A model generated the notes under the pieces. It was given only the letters and a program-made list of their open reading frames with translations, did no database searches and was not told the origin of the DNA. From NCBI RefSeq assembly GCF_004104415.1, contig NZ_CP034669.1: a DNA stretch of 64,000 bases; one strand, 5' to 3'. This document shows positions 9,467-17,193 of the stretch, piece by piece (the stretch's first letter is position 1; each line of letters begins with the position of its first letter). Origin of the DNA: Corallococcus coralloides. GTDB lineage: Bacteria > Myxococcota > Myxococcia > Myxococcales > Myxococcaceae. The position numbers and the translations under genes are program-made.

Positions 9467-11713
9467 CTACGGTGTCTGGACGAAGTCGAGGCGCGGATGG
9501 CCCGAGGCATCGGTCCGCCCCGCGCGGACCCACGCTTCACGCAGCCGCGTGGCGTCGTGGGAAACCGCGAGTGCTCCCTCCCGAGAGCGGGTGCGCACGA
9601 GTCGCGCGTGGGGTGCGTAGAGGACGCGCAGCCCGGCTTCGCTCGCGCGCAGGCACAGCTCCACGCCCCGCGCCTCGTCGGACGTGAAGGCCGCGTCCCA
9701 ACCCCCGAGCGACTCCAGGACCTCGCGGCGGATCATCGCGCAGGCGCTGGAGACGGCGCGCACGTCGCGAGGCCAATGCGAGCCCCCGAACGCGCCGAGC
9801 GTGGGATCGAACAGCCCCGCGAAGGGGCGCAGCACCCGGCCCTCGGCGTCGAAGCGCAGCCCGGCCTCCAGCACCTGCCCCGAGGGAGAGACGATGCGCG
9901 CGCCCACCACGCCGACGCCGGGGCGTAAGGCCTGCGACGCGAGCTCCCTCAGCCACCCCGGTCCGGCCGGGAGCGTGCCTGCCTCCAGGACGAGGATGAG
10001 GTCGCCCCGGGCCTCGCGCAGCAGCTGGTTCGCCACGGCGCCCGGGGTCGCGGCCGCGTCCACCTGGACGTGGATGGCGCTGCCGGTGGAAGAGGCGCCT
10101 GGAGACGAAACAGGGACGCGGACCTCCACGTCCAGGTCGTCCGTGAAGGCGAGGAGCGCCGCGAGCTCTGCCCCGGTGGGCGCTTCCGGCAGCAGCACGG
10201 AGACCCGCGGGCGGCCCACCAGCGGGTGGCGGATCCGGTACAGCCCTGGCGCGACGGTCTCCGCCGAGCCCCCCTCCCCCATGCGCGCCAGGTGCTCCGC
10301 CACGGCCCTGCGGCCCGCTTCGGAGGCCGCGGGCTTCGCGCTGGCGTCCGTGGCCGTGGAGCCGGGCAGCGTCCGCCAGTGGTAGAGCACGCGGGGGATG
10401 TGCTCGAAGCGCCGCGTGCGCTCCATCAGGCGCAGGAGCAGGTCGTGGTCCTGCGCGCCCTCGAAGCCCGGGCGGATGCCGCCCACCTCACGCAGCAGCG
10501 AGGCACGCACCACGAGGAAGTGGCACACGTAGTTCACCGCGCGCAGCAGCTCCGGGGACAGCGCGGGCTTCAGGTAGGGCGCGAAGCGCAGCCCCCGCGC
10601 GTCCACCTTGTCCTCGTCCGAGTAGACGACGTCCGCGTCCGGCGCTTCATCCAGCCGCAGCGCGACCTCGGCCAACGCGTGCGGCGCCAGCAGGTCGTCG
10701 TGGTCGAGGAAGCCCACGTACTCCCCGGTGGCCAGGGCCAGCGCGGCGTTGGTCGCGCGCGCGATGCCCTGGTTCGACTCCAGCCGCGCGAAGCGGATCC
10801 GCGCGTCTCCGGCCGCGGCCTCTCGCAGCGCGTCCGCGACTGACGCCGAGCGCGACCCGTCGTCCACGATGCACAGCTCCCAGTGCGGGTAGACCTGTGC
10901 GCGCACGGACGCGATGCATGCGCGGAGGACGTCCACCGGCGTCTCCCAGGCGGGAGTGATCAGGCTGATCCGCGGCTGACGCTCCAGCCGGGCCAGCGCG
11001 GCGGTCGCGTCGCGGACCTCGCGGGCCTCCCGCGCCAGGGCTTCGCGCGTGTACGTCTCCGGAGCGGGAAAGAGCACGGCGGGACGGGCCGCGCCCAGCA
11101 TGTGCCGCAGCAGGTGGACGGTCGCGTGATTGAAGGCGACCTGCCGCCGCCACAGCTCGCGCCAAAGGGGCAGACCCACCGCGCCGGCCTCTTGCGACAG
11201 CACGTCGCAGCGGGCCTCCAGCGCGTCCAGCGCCTCGGCGGCGCCCTCGGTGCGAAGGGGCCACCCGGCGCCGGAGAGCAGGGCCACGACCGCGAGGTTC
11301 CAGGCCCGCTGCGCCTCCAGCCCCGGCACGGAGGGAAGCCAGCGCCCCACCGCGCCCACGGGCCGAGGATCCGCGAGGCGTGAGAGTTCCTCGCGGGCCA
11401 ACTCCGGCAGCGTCCGCTCCGGCTGCCGGATCAACGCCCGCAGACGCAGGTCGAAGCGCAGCTGGCGCTCCAGCACCCACCACTGCAAGGGCGAAAGCCC
11501 CCGCGTCCCCCAGCGCTTGGCGGCGGTGATGACCGGGCCCCAGCGCGCACGGTGCGACCGCGGCACGTCGAAGCCCAGCACCTCGGCGAAGGCATCGTGC
11601 GGCGCGGTCCGCGCGGAGGAAGACGGCTCCCGGTCGGCCGGGCTCAACGTCAGGTCCTCGACGCCTGGCGTCTCTTGAGGACCACGAGGGCCGTCACTGT
11701 CGGCGGCGCCCAT
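9467..11713 (-). CDS. Two-domain family 2 glycosyltransferase
   Basis: The 748-aa ORF has a first GT-A domain ISLITPAWETPVDVLRACIASVRAQVYPHWELCIVDDGS...FLDHDDLLAPHAL...DED (DXD). A second GT2-like region follows (RVSVLLPE...). Confidence 0.8.
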   Translation of the reverse strand: MGAADSDGPRGPQETPGVEDLTLSPADREPSSSARTAPHDAFAEVLGFDVPRSHRARWGPVITAAKRWGTRGLSPLQWWVLERQLRFDLRLRALIRQPERTLPELAREELSRLADPRPVGAVGRWLPSVPGLEAQRAWNLAVVALLSGAGWPLRTEGAAEALDALEARCDVLSQEAGAVGLPLWRELWRRQVAFNHATVHLLRHMLGAARPAVLFPAPETYTREALAREAREVRDATAALARLERQPRISLITPAWETPVDVLRACIASVRAQVYPHWELCIVDDGSRSASVADALREAAAGDARIRFARLESNQGIARATNAALALATGEYVGFLDHDDLLAPHALAEVALRLDEAPDADVVYSDEDKVDARGLRFAPYLKPALSPELLRAVNYVCHFLVVRASLLREVGGIRPGFEGAQDHDLLLRLMERTRRFEHIPRVLYHWRTLPGSTATDASAKPAASEAGRRAVAEHLARMGEGGSAETVAPGLYRIRHPLVGRPRVSVLLPEAPTGAELAALLAFTDDLDVEVRVPVSSPGASSTGSAIHVQVDAAATPGAVANQLLREARGDLILVLEAGTLPAGPGWLRELASQALRPGVGVVGARIVSPSGQVLEAGLRFDAEGRVLRPFAGLFDPTLGAFGGSHWPRDVRAVSSACAMIRREVLESLGGWDAAFTSDEARGVELCLRASEAGLRVLYAPHARLVRTRSREGALAVSHDATRLREAWVRAGRTDASGHPRLDFVQTP

Positions 11714-11717
11714 CGTC

Positions 11718-13088
11718 TCAGCTTCCGCCGCCGGATTTGATCCGGTTCGCCAGGGCCTTGAGCGTGCCGTGGACCCAGGGGATGCCGTGCACGCGGGCGT
11801 TCAGTGCGTCCACCACCCGGTGGCGGAACTCCCGGGCCTGGAGCGTCTCGTCGCGGATCCGCGCCACGGCGTCCACCCAGGCCTCCAGGGGGCGCACCAG
11901 CCAGGTCCCCGGAGCCACGGCGACGGCCGGCGACTCGCGCGGCCCGCGCACCTCGCACGAGGCGATGCCGGCCACGAACACCGGCGGAAACAGCGCCCCC
12001 AGCCTCGCGGGCAGCTCCCCGAGTCCCGCTTCCATCACCACCGGGAAGGGCCCGATGCGATGACGGTCGATGACCATCGCGTGGACGAGCTCCGGATGGA
12101 CCACCAGGTGCTCCACCTCCAGCCGGTCGCCCAGCGGGAACGGCACCTTCGCGCGCACATAGGGCGGGGTCCCCTCACCGGACGCCCACTCGGTGCGGAA
12201 CGCCCGCGCCAACGCCCAGGCCTCGCGGCCCGTCTGGAGCGCGCGCACCAACTCCACGTAGTGACGCGGGTACACCACGCACCGCGCATCCACGAACGCC
12301 AGGTACTGTCCCCGGGCCTCGCGCACGGCCTCCGCGTACAGGGCTCCCGCGGGCGCTCGCACGGTGCGCGCCCGGAACGACCCCAGCCTGCCGTAGCGCT
12401 CCAGCGCCGCCTCCGCGGCGGACAGGTCCACGCCCTCGGGCGCCGCGAGCAGCAGCTCCAGCGGCTGCTGCTCCTGACACGCCAGCGCGAAGAGGGCCTC
12501 GTCGAGCGCCGCGTCCCGCGTCCCCGGCTCCACCGTGACGACGACGCTGAGCAACCCCGCCACCAGTGCGCGCGCGGGCCCGTCCGGTACCGCGACGTAG
12601 AGCCCCTCCTCCACCTGCGTGGACGGCGACAGCTGGGCCAGCACCGCCCGCAGCGCCTGCGCGGTGTCCTCCGCCAGCGCGGTGCTGCCAGACGCGCACG
12701 GCACCACCTCACGGTGCGCCACGCGGTAGCCCGCCTCGGCCAGCCGCCGCAGCATCCGCTGCTCGGAGAGCCCCGCGCGCACCGGCGCCTCCCCCGTCAG
12801 CGCGCCCATCAGCGCCCGCGCCGAGCCCGCGTTGCGCAGGCCGAACACCAGCTCCGCCCCCGGCGCCTCGCGCCGCAGCGCCTCCAGCCCGTCCTCCAGC
12901 ACCCGCTCGACCGCTTCGCCCTCCAGCACCACCAGCGTCGGCGCGGGTCCCTTGCCCCGCTTCCACTCCGGCCCTGGCAGCTCCCGCACGGAGCAACCCC
13001 GGGCCCGCAGGGCCTCCGCCAGCGAGGGCGACGCGCCCACCAGGCTCACCACCGCGCCCGCGCGCGCACGCGACAGCACCCGCGCCAT
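11718..13088 (-). CDS. Hypothetical protein with degenerate methyltransferase-like and GT-A-like regions. The 5' part of the track ORF is a spurious extension.
   Basis: The track ORF (602 aa) begins with about 145 aa of Arg/Gly/Pro-rich junk. A plausible start is the ATG at 13088 (MARVLSRARAGAVVSLVGASPSL...), giving a gap to the upstream gene's stop. The later segment LAFVDARCVVYPRHYVELVRAL resembles a GT2 DXD region. Confidence 0.45.
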   Translation of the reverse strand: MARVLSRARAGAVVSLVGASPSLAEALRARGCSVRELPGPEWKRGKGPAPTLVVLEGEAVERVLEDGLEALRREAPGAELVFGLRNAGSARALMGALTGEAPVRAGLSEQRMLRRLAEAGYRVAHREVVPCASGSTALAEDTAQALRAVLAQLSPSTQVEEGLYVAVPDGPARALVAGLLSVVVTVEPGTRDAALDEALFALACQEQQPLELLLAAPEGVDLSAAEAALERYGRLGSFRARTVRAPAGALYAEAVREARGQYLAFVDARCVVYPRHYVELVRALQTGREAWALARAFRTEWASGEGTPPYVRAKVPFPLGDRLEVEHLVVHPELVHAMVIDRHRIGPFPVVMEAGLGELPARLGALFPPVFVAGIASCEVRGPRESPAVAVAPGTWLVRPLEAWVDAVARIRDETLQAREFRHRVVDALNARVHGIPWVHGTLKALANRIKSGGGS

Positions 13089-13135
13089 CCACCGCTCGGA
13101 CGCGGCGGACGGGGGCGCCTCTTCGGATAGAGCGT

Positions 13136-14041
13136 TCACCAGCGCCTCCGAGCGAACTCCAGGTGGTGGCTGAAGTCCGCGATGCCCGCGAGCTTCCGCC
13201 CGGGCTTGAGGATGTCGGGCGTCTGGAACGGCTCGCCGCCCAGCTGCGCGTACTCCCGCAGGCGGGCCTTCATGAAGGCCGCGTCCCCGTACTTCGCCCC
13301 GAGCAGGGCCGCGCTGCGGCGGACCATCCGCTCGCGCACCGGGCTCTCCTCCCGGGTGACGGTGTAGTGGTGCACCAGCGCGGCGGGCGCCACCCGGATG
13401 GACAGCCCGGACGCCCTCGCTCGCCACGACAGGTCCACGTCCTCGCAGTACATGAAGAAGCGCTCGTCGAAGCCACCCACCCGCGCGTGCAGCTTCTTCG
13501 TCACCAGCAGCACGCAGCCGCTGCACCAGGGCGTCTCACCCGTCGACGGATGGTACGGCTTGGGGTGCTCGTCCGGGAACAGCCGGGCCTCCACCAGCCC
13601 CGTGTCCGCGCGCTGATCCGCCTCCCGCGCCAGCTCCCGCACGCAGTCCGGATGCAGCAGCCCGTCCGGGTTCACGCAGACGTAGTACCGCGCCCCGCCC
13701 GAGCCGAAGGCCTCCGCCATCATCCGGTTGTGCGCGGCCCCGAAGCCCAGGTTCCTCCCGGCGTGCCGGTAGTCCGCGTCCGCGTCCAGCCGCGCCACCC
13801 GCGCGCGCAGCGTGTCGTCCGGCGAGTTGTCCAGCCAGGCGACCCGGAACGCGGGCGCACCCGGAGCCTCGCGGTTCCACCGGAGCGACTCCCACAGCCG
13901 CTCCAGCTCCCGCTCCGGGTTCCGGTAAAGCACGATGCCCAGCCAGATGCCCGGCCCCCCCCCGTTCGCCGAAGCAGGGCCGCTCACGATCCGACGTCTC
14001 GCACTGGCGCCACGCGAGCCGCGGCGCCCTCCACGATCCAC
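13136..14041 (-). CDS. Family 2 glycosyltransferase (rhamnosyl/galactosyl transferase-like)
   Basis: The 301-aa ORF contains GIVLYRNPEREL...WLDNSPDD...NLGFGAAHNRMM...YCEDVDLSWRA, typical GT-A motifs. It uses a GTG start and overlaps the wzt 3' end by about 58 nt, so the true start may be downstream. Confidence 0.75.
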   Translation of the reverse strand: MDRGGRRGSRGASARRRIVSGPASANGGGPGIWLGIVLYRNPERELERLWESLRWNREAPGAPAFRVAWLDNSPDDTLRARVARLDADADYRHAGRNLGFGAAHNRMMAEAFGSGGARYYVCVNPDGLLHPDCVRELAREADQRADTGLVEARLFPDEHPKPYHPSTGETPWCSGCVLLVTKKLHARVGGFDERFFMYCEDVDLSWRARASGLSIRVAPAALVHHYTVTREESPVRERMVRRSAALLGAKYGDAAFMKARLREYAQLGGEPFQTPDILKPGRKLAGIADFSHHLEFARRRW

Positions 14042-15294
14042 CGGTGCGCAGGCCGCGTCACGCCTCCGTCCTGCACGCTGGAGCGCACCTCGAAGGTGCA
14101 GGCCTCCTCACGCTTCTCCCGCACCAGCCCCGCACGGTCGCGCACCACCACCGTGAACGCGTAGCGCCCCGCGGTGAGGCCCAGCCGGTCCACCACGAAG
14201 CGCACCGTCCCGCTGCCAGCCGCCGCCGCGCAGAAGGGCACGTCCTCCGCGAACGTGTCCGTGGCGTGCATCAGCACCCCGTCCGCCCGGGTGAGCTCCA
14301 GCCCCAGGCCCAGCTCCGGCGCGGGCGTGCGCGCGGTGTACGCCACGCTCAGCTCCAGGCCGTCCTCGGTGTCCACGCACTCCACCGCCCCGCCGTCCCG
14401 GCCCCGCAGCCGCACCGCGTCCACGGTGAGCGCAGACGCTTCGCCCTGGGGCGACGCCAGCGACGGCAGCGCGCCGCCGTCCGACGCCAGCGCGGGCGAC
14501 TCCATGGCCATGCCGCGCTCCTCCGCCAGCGCCACCGCGCGGCGGTAGCTGCGGATGACGTCCGCGGGCGGACCGAACTCGCGGATGCGCCCGGCGTCGA
14601 TCCACGCGCCCAGGTCGCACCAGCGCTCCAGCGTCCCCAGGTCGTGGGTGACGATGACGATGGTCTTCCCGGCCCGCTTGAACTCCGTCATCTTCGCCAG
14701 GCTCTTCTTGCCGAAGTGCTCGTCACCGACGGCGAGGATTTCGTCGATGATGAGGATGTCCGGGTCCACGTGCGTGGCCACGGAGAACGCCAGGCGCATG
14801 TACATGCCGCTGGAGTAGGTGCGCACCGGCTCGTCGATGAAGTCGCCCAGCTCGCTGAAGGCGATGATCTCCTCCATGCGCGCCTTCACCTCCGCGCGCG
14901 ACATCCCCAGGATGATGCCGTTGATGAGGATGTTCTCCCGGCCGGAGAAGTCCGGGTGGAAGCCCGCGCCCAGGTCCAACAGCGCGCTGATGCGCCCGTT
15001 GATGTCGATGGTGCCCGTGGTGGGCGTGTAGATGCCGGTGATGAGCTTGAGCAGCGTGCTCTTGCCGGAGCCGTTGCGCCCGATGATGCCCACCGTCTTG
15101 CCGCGGGGCACCACCAGGTCAATGCCCCGGAGCGCTTCGATCATGGACTTGCCGTCCGTGTCGCGCTGGCCACGCAGGAGGCGGATGAGCTCCGACTTGA
15201 TGGTGGTGTACTCGCGCCGGATGGTGCTCTTCCGGAAGCGCTTCACCACGTTGCGGAGCACGATGGCGTCCGGAGACGCAATGGCGCTGGTCAT
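13984..15294 (-). CDS. wzt: Polysaccharide ABC exporter ATP-binding protein with a C-terminal carbohydrate-binding domain
   Basis: It was trimmed to the ATG at 15294 (MTSAIASPDAIVLRNVVKRF...). Walker A GRNGSGKST, signature YSSGMYMRLAF and Walker B ILIIDEILAVGDE are present. A roughly 180-aa C-terminal extension beyond the NBD (...GLELSVAYTARTP...) is typical of O-antigen-binding Wzt. The ATG overlaps the wzm stop (ATGA). Confidence 0.85.
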   Translation of the reverse strand: MTSAIASPDAIVLRNVVKRFRKSTIRREYTTIKSELIRLLRGQRDTDGKSMIEALRGIDLVVPRGKTVGIIGRNGSGKSTLLKLITGIYTPTTGTIDINGRISALLDLGAGFHPDFSGRENILINGIILGMSRAEVKARMEEIIAFSELGDFIDEPVRTYSSGMYMRLAFSVATHVDPDILIIDEILAVGDEHFGKKSLAKMTEFKRAGKTIVIVTHDLGTLERWCDLGAWIDAGRIREFGPPADVIRSYRRAVALAEERGMAMESPALASDGGALPSLASPQGEASALTVDAVRLRGRDGGAVECVDTEDGLELSVAYTARTPAPELGLGLELTRADGVLMHATDTFAEDVPFCAAAAGSGTVRFVVDRLGLTAGRYAFTVVVRDRAGLVREKREEACTFEVRSSVQDGGVTRPAHRWIVEGAAARVAPVRDVGS

Positions 15295-16091
15295 ATGAAC
15301 TCCGCGAAGTCCTCGCGGCGGCGCTCGAAGATGCCCGCGGCGATCCACAACAGCGCCAGGGAGATGCCCAACCACATCAGGAGCGGGCCGGGCTGTGGCA
15401 GCTGCTGTTCGTAGAAGATGGCCTGGTAGGACGTCACCATCACCGCCATGGGGTTGAGCAGCACGACCGGCGCCCGGACCGCCTCCGGCAGCGAGTCCAC
15501 CTTGTAGAACACCGGCGTGACGAAGAACCACATCGTCAGCAGGTTGGCGATGATCTGCTGCAGGTCCCGGAACGTCACGTTGAGCGCGGACACGATGTAG
15601 ACCAGCGCCACCGTCATGGACAGCTGGGTGAGCAGCACCACCGGGAAGGCCACCACGTGCCAGGTGGGCACGTAGCCCAGCAAGAGCCCCAGCGCGACCA
15701 TCAGCGGCAGGGACAGCACGTAGTTGCACAGGTTGGTCACCACCACCGTGGCCGGCAGCACCTGGGCGGGGAAGCGCACCTTGGTGAGCAGGTCGCGCCG
15801 ATCACTGATGGCGCTGGCACCGGTCCCCAGGGACGTGGCGAACCAGATCCACGGGAGCAATCCCACGAAGACGAAGAACGTGTACCCGGGGATGTTCTGC
15901 CGCATGTAGACGGTGAACAGCAGCGAGTAGACGCCCATCTGGAGCATCGGGTTGAGGAACGTCCAGAAGAAGCCGAGCACCGAGTTCCGGTACCGAGCCT
16001 TCAGCTCGCGCTGGGTCAGGCTGAGCAGGAGGCCCCGGTACTGGTAGAGCTCACGGAGGTTGCGAAGCATGCGGCGCCATCCATACCTCAT
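15291..16091 (-). CDS. wzm: ABC-2 type polysaccharide exporter permease
   Basis: The track ORF extends 5' through the tRNA genes, so it is spurious there. It was trimmed to the ATG at 16091 (MRYGWRRMLRNLRELYQYRGLLLSLTQRELKARYRNSVLGFFW...); 16070 is an alternative start. The product has six TM segments and belongs to the ABC-2 family. Confidence 0.8.
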   Translation of the reverse strand: MRYGWRRMLRNLRELYQYRGLLLSLTQRELKARYRNSVLGFFWTFLNPMLQMGVYSLLFTVYMRQNIPGYTFFVFVGLLPWIWFATSLGTGASAISDRRDLLTKVRFPAQVLPATVVVTNLCNYVLSLPLMVALGLLLGYVPTWHVVAFPVVLLTQLSMTVALVYIVSALNVTFRDLQQIIANLLTMWFFVTPVFYKVDSLPEAVRAPVVLLNPMAVMVTSYQAIFYEQQLPQPGPLLMWLGISLALLWIAAGIFERRREDFAEFI

Positions 16092-16226
16092 GCCCCCGGA
16101 AGGTGTCAGGCACGGGACTCCAGCCATCCACGCGAAAGGCCGTCTGCTCGCCAGGCCTCGCGCGCCCCTCCGTGAGGCCATTTTGGAAAAGAAAAAGGCC
16201 CCCTGGTTTCCCAGAGGGCCTTTGAT

Positions 16227-16301
16227 TGGAGCGGGAAAAGGGATTTGAACCCTCGACCCTCGCCTTGGCAAGGCGATGCTCTACCGCTGAGCTATTCCCG
16301 C
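16227..16301 (-). tRNA. tRNA-Gly (anticodon GCC)
   Basis: The reverse complement GCGGGAATAGCTCAGCGGTAGAGCATCGCCTTGCCAAGGCGAGGGTCGAGGGTTCAAATCCCTTTTCCCGCTCCA folds as a cloverleaf. It has a 7-bp acceptor stem, D-arm GCTC/GAGC, anticodon stem TCGCC/GGCGA with loop TTGCCAA, a T-arm GGTTCAAAT and an encoded CCA. Confidence 0.9.
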
Positions 16302-16332
16302 ATCAGGTGCTGCGGTGCTGCGCGCTTCGTTT

Positions 16333-16407
16333 TGGAGCGGGAAAAGGGATTTGAACCCTCGACCCTCGCCTTGGCAAGGCGATGCTCTACCGCTGAGCTA
16401 TTCCCGC
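16333..16407 (-). tRNA. tRNA-Gly (anticodon GCC), identical second copy
   Basis: This is an exact duplicate of the 75-nt tRNA sequence, 106 bp downstream of the first copy, with a 31-bp spacer. Confidence 0.9.
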
Positions 16408-16492
16408 ATCAGGTACCGCTGTGTTGCTTGCCACCCGCCGGTCGGTGCCGCGCCGGAGGTGGGGTGCGATATACAGAGGCCTCCCGGACACG

Positions 16493-17182
16493 TCAAACAC
16501 TTTTCGCATCCGGATCCGTGCTGCCCCGGCGGGCGAGCATGTTGAGGAACGCGCGGAAGTAGACGACCGCGCTCCACACGGAGAACGCACCGGACAGGTA
16601 CACCAGCACCTTGCCCACCTGGTTGTAGTCCACGGTGACGACGCGGAAGCCCAAGTCCAGCGGGTGCACGTAGTGGACGCACAGGGAGATGATCCCCACC
16701 AGTTGGAGGGACGTCTTCCACTTCCCCTCCTGCCCCGCGGCGATGACCATGCCTTCACTGGCGGCGATGGTGCGCAGGCCGGTGACGATGAACTCGCGGG
16801 CCAGCAGCACGATGACGACCCAGGCGGCGACGCGGCCCAGGCGCACCATCATCACCAGGGCGGCCATGGCGATGAGCTTGTCCGCCAGCGGATCCATGAA
16901 CTTGCCCACCACGGTGATGAGGTTCCAGCGGCGGGCCAGGTAGCCGTCAATCACGTCGGTGATGGCGGCCACCGCGAACACCAGGGCGGCCAGCAGCGAG
17001 TGCAACGGGTCCGCGTCGTAGGTGAGCCAGACGAACACGGGGATGAGGAGGATGCGCCCCAGCGTCAGCATGTTGGGCAGGTTCCAGAACTCCTGCACCA
17101 GGATGCTGGGACGGCGGGACGCGCGGCGGCGGGCCCGCTCCTCACGCTTGCGCTGCTTCCTGAGGGCTCGCTCGGTGGGCAT
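16493..17182 (-). CDS. pgsA: CDP-diacylglycerol--glycerol-3-phosphate 3-phosphatidyltransferase
   Basis: The 229-aa ORF carries the CDP-alcohol phosphotransferase motif DVIDGYLARRWN...GKFMDPLADK and is a multi-TM protein. As in E. coli, it is followed by tRNA-Gly. Confidence 0.85.
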   Translation of the reverse strand: MPTERALRKQRKREERARRRASRRPSILVQEFWNLPNMLTLGRILLIPVFVWLTYDADPLHSLLAALVFAVAAITDVIDGYLARRWNLITVVGKFMDPLADKLIAMAALVMMVRLGRVAAWVVIVLLAREFIVTGLRTIAASEGMVIAAGQEGKWKTSLQLVGIISLCVHYVHPLDLGFRVVTVDYNQVGKVLVYLSGAFSVWSAVVYFRAFLNMLARRGSTDPDAKSV

Positions 17183-17193
17183 GGGCGCGCGTT

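Noticed and set aside
13089-13526. N-terminal 145 aa of the 602-aa ORF at 11718-13526
   Set aside because: It is Arg/Gly/Pro-rich and overlaps the upstream GT2 gene. The internal ATG at 13088 gives a sensible start after the upstream stop.
12566-14164. 532-aa plus-strand ORF across three glycosyltransferase-region genes
   Set aside because: It is Pro/Arg/Ala-rich junk antisense to GT2 genes with canonical DXD motifs.
16092-16271. 5' extension of the wzm ORF to 16271
   Set aside because: The extension runs through the tRNA-Gly gene at 16227-16301. Internal ATGs at 16091 and 16070 give a canonical Wzm N-terminus.
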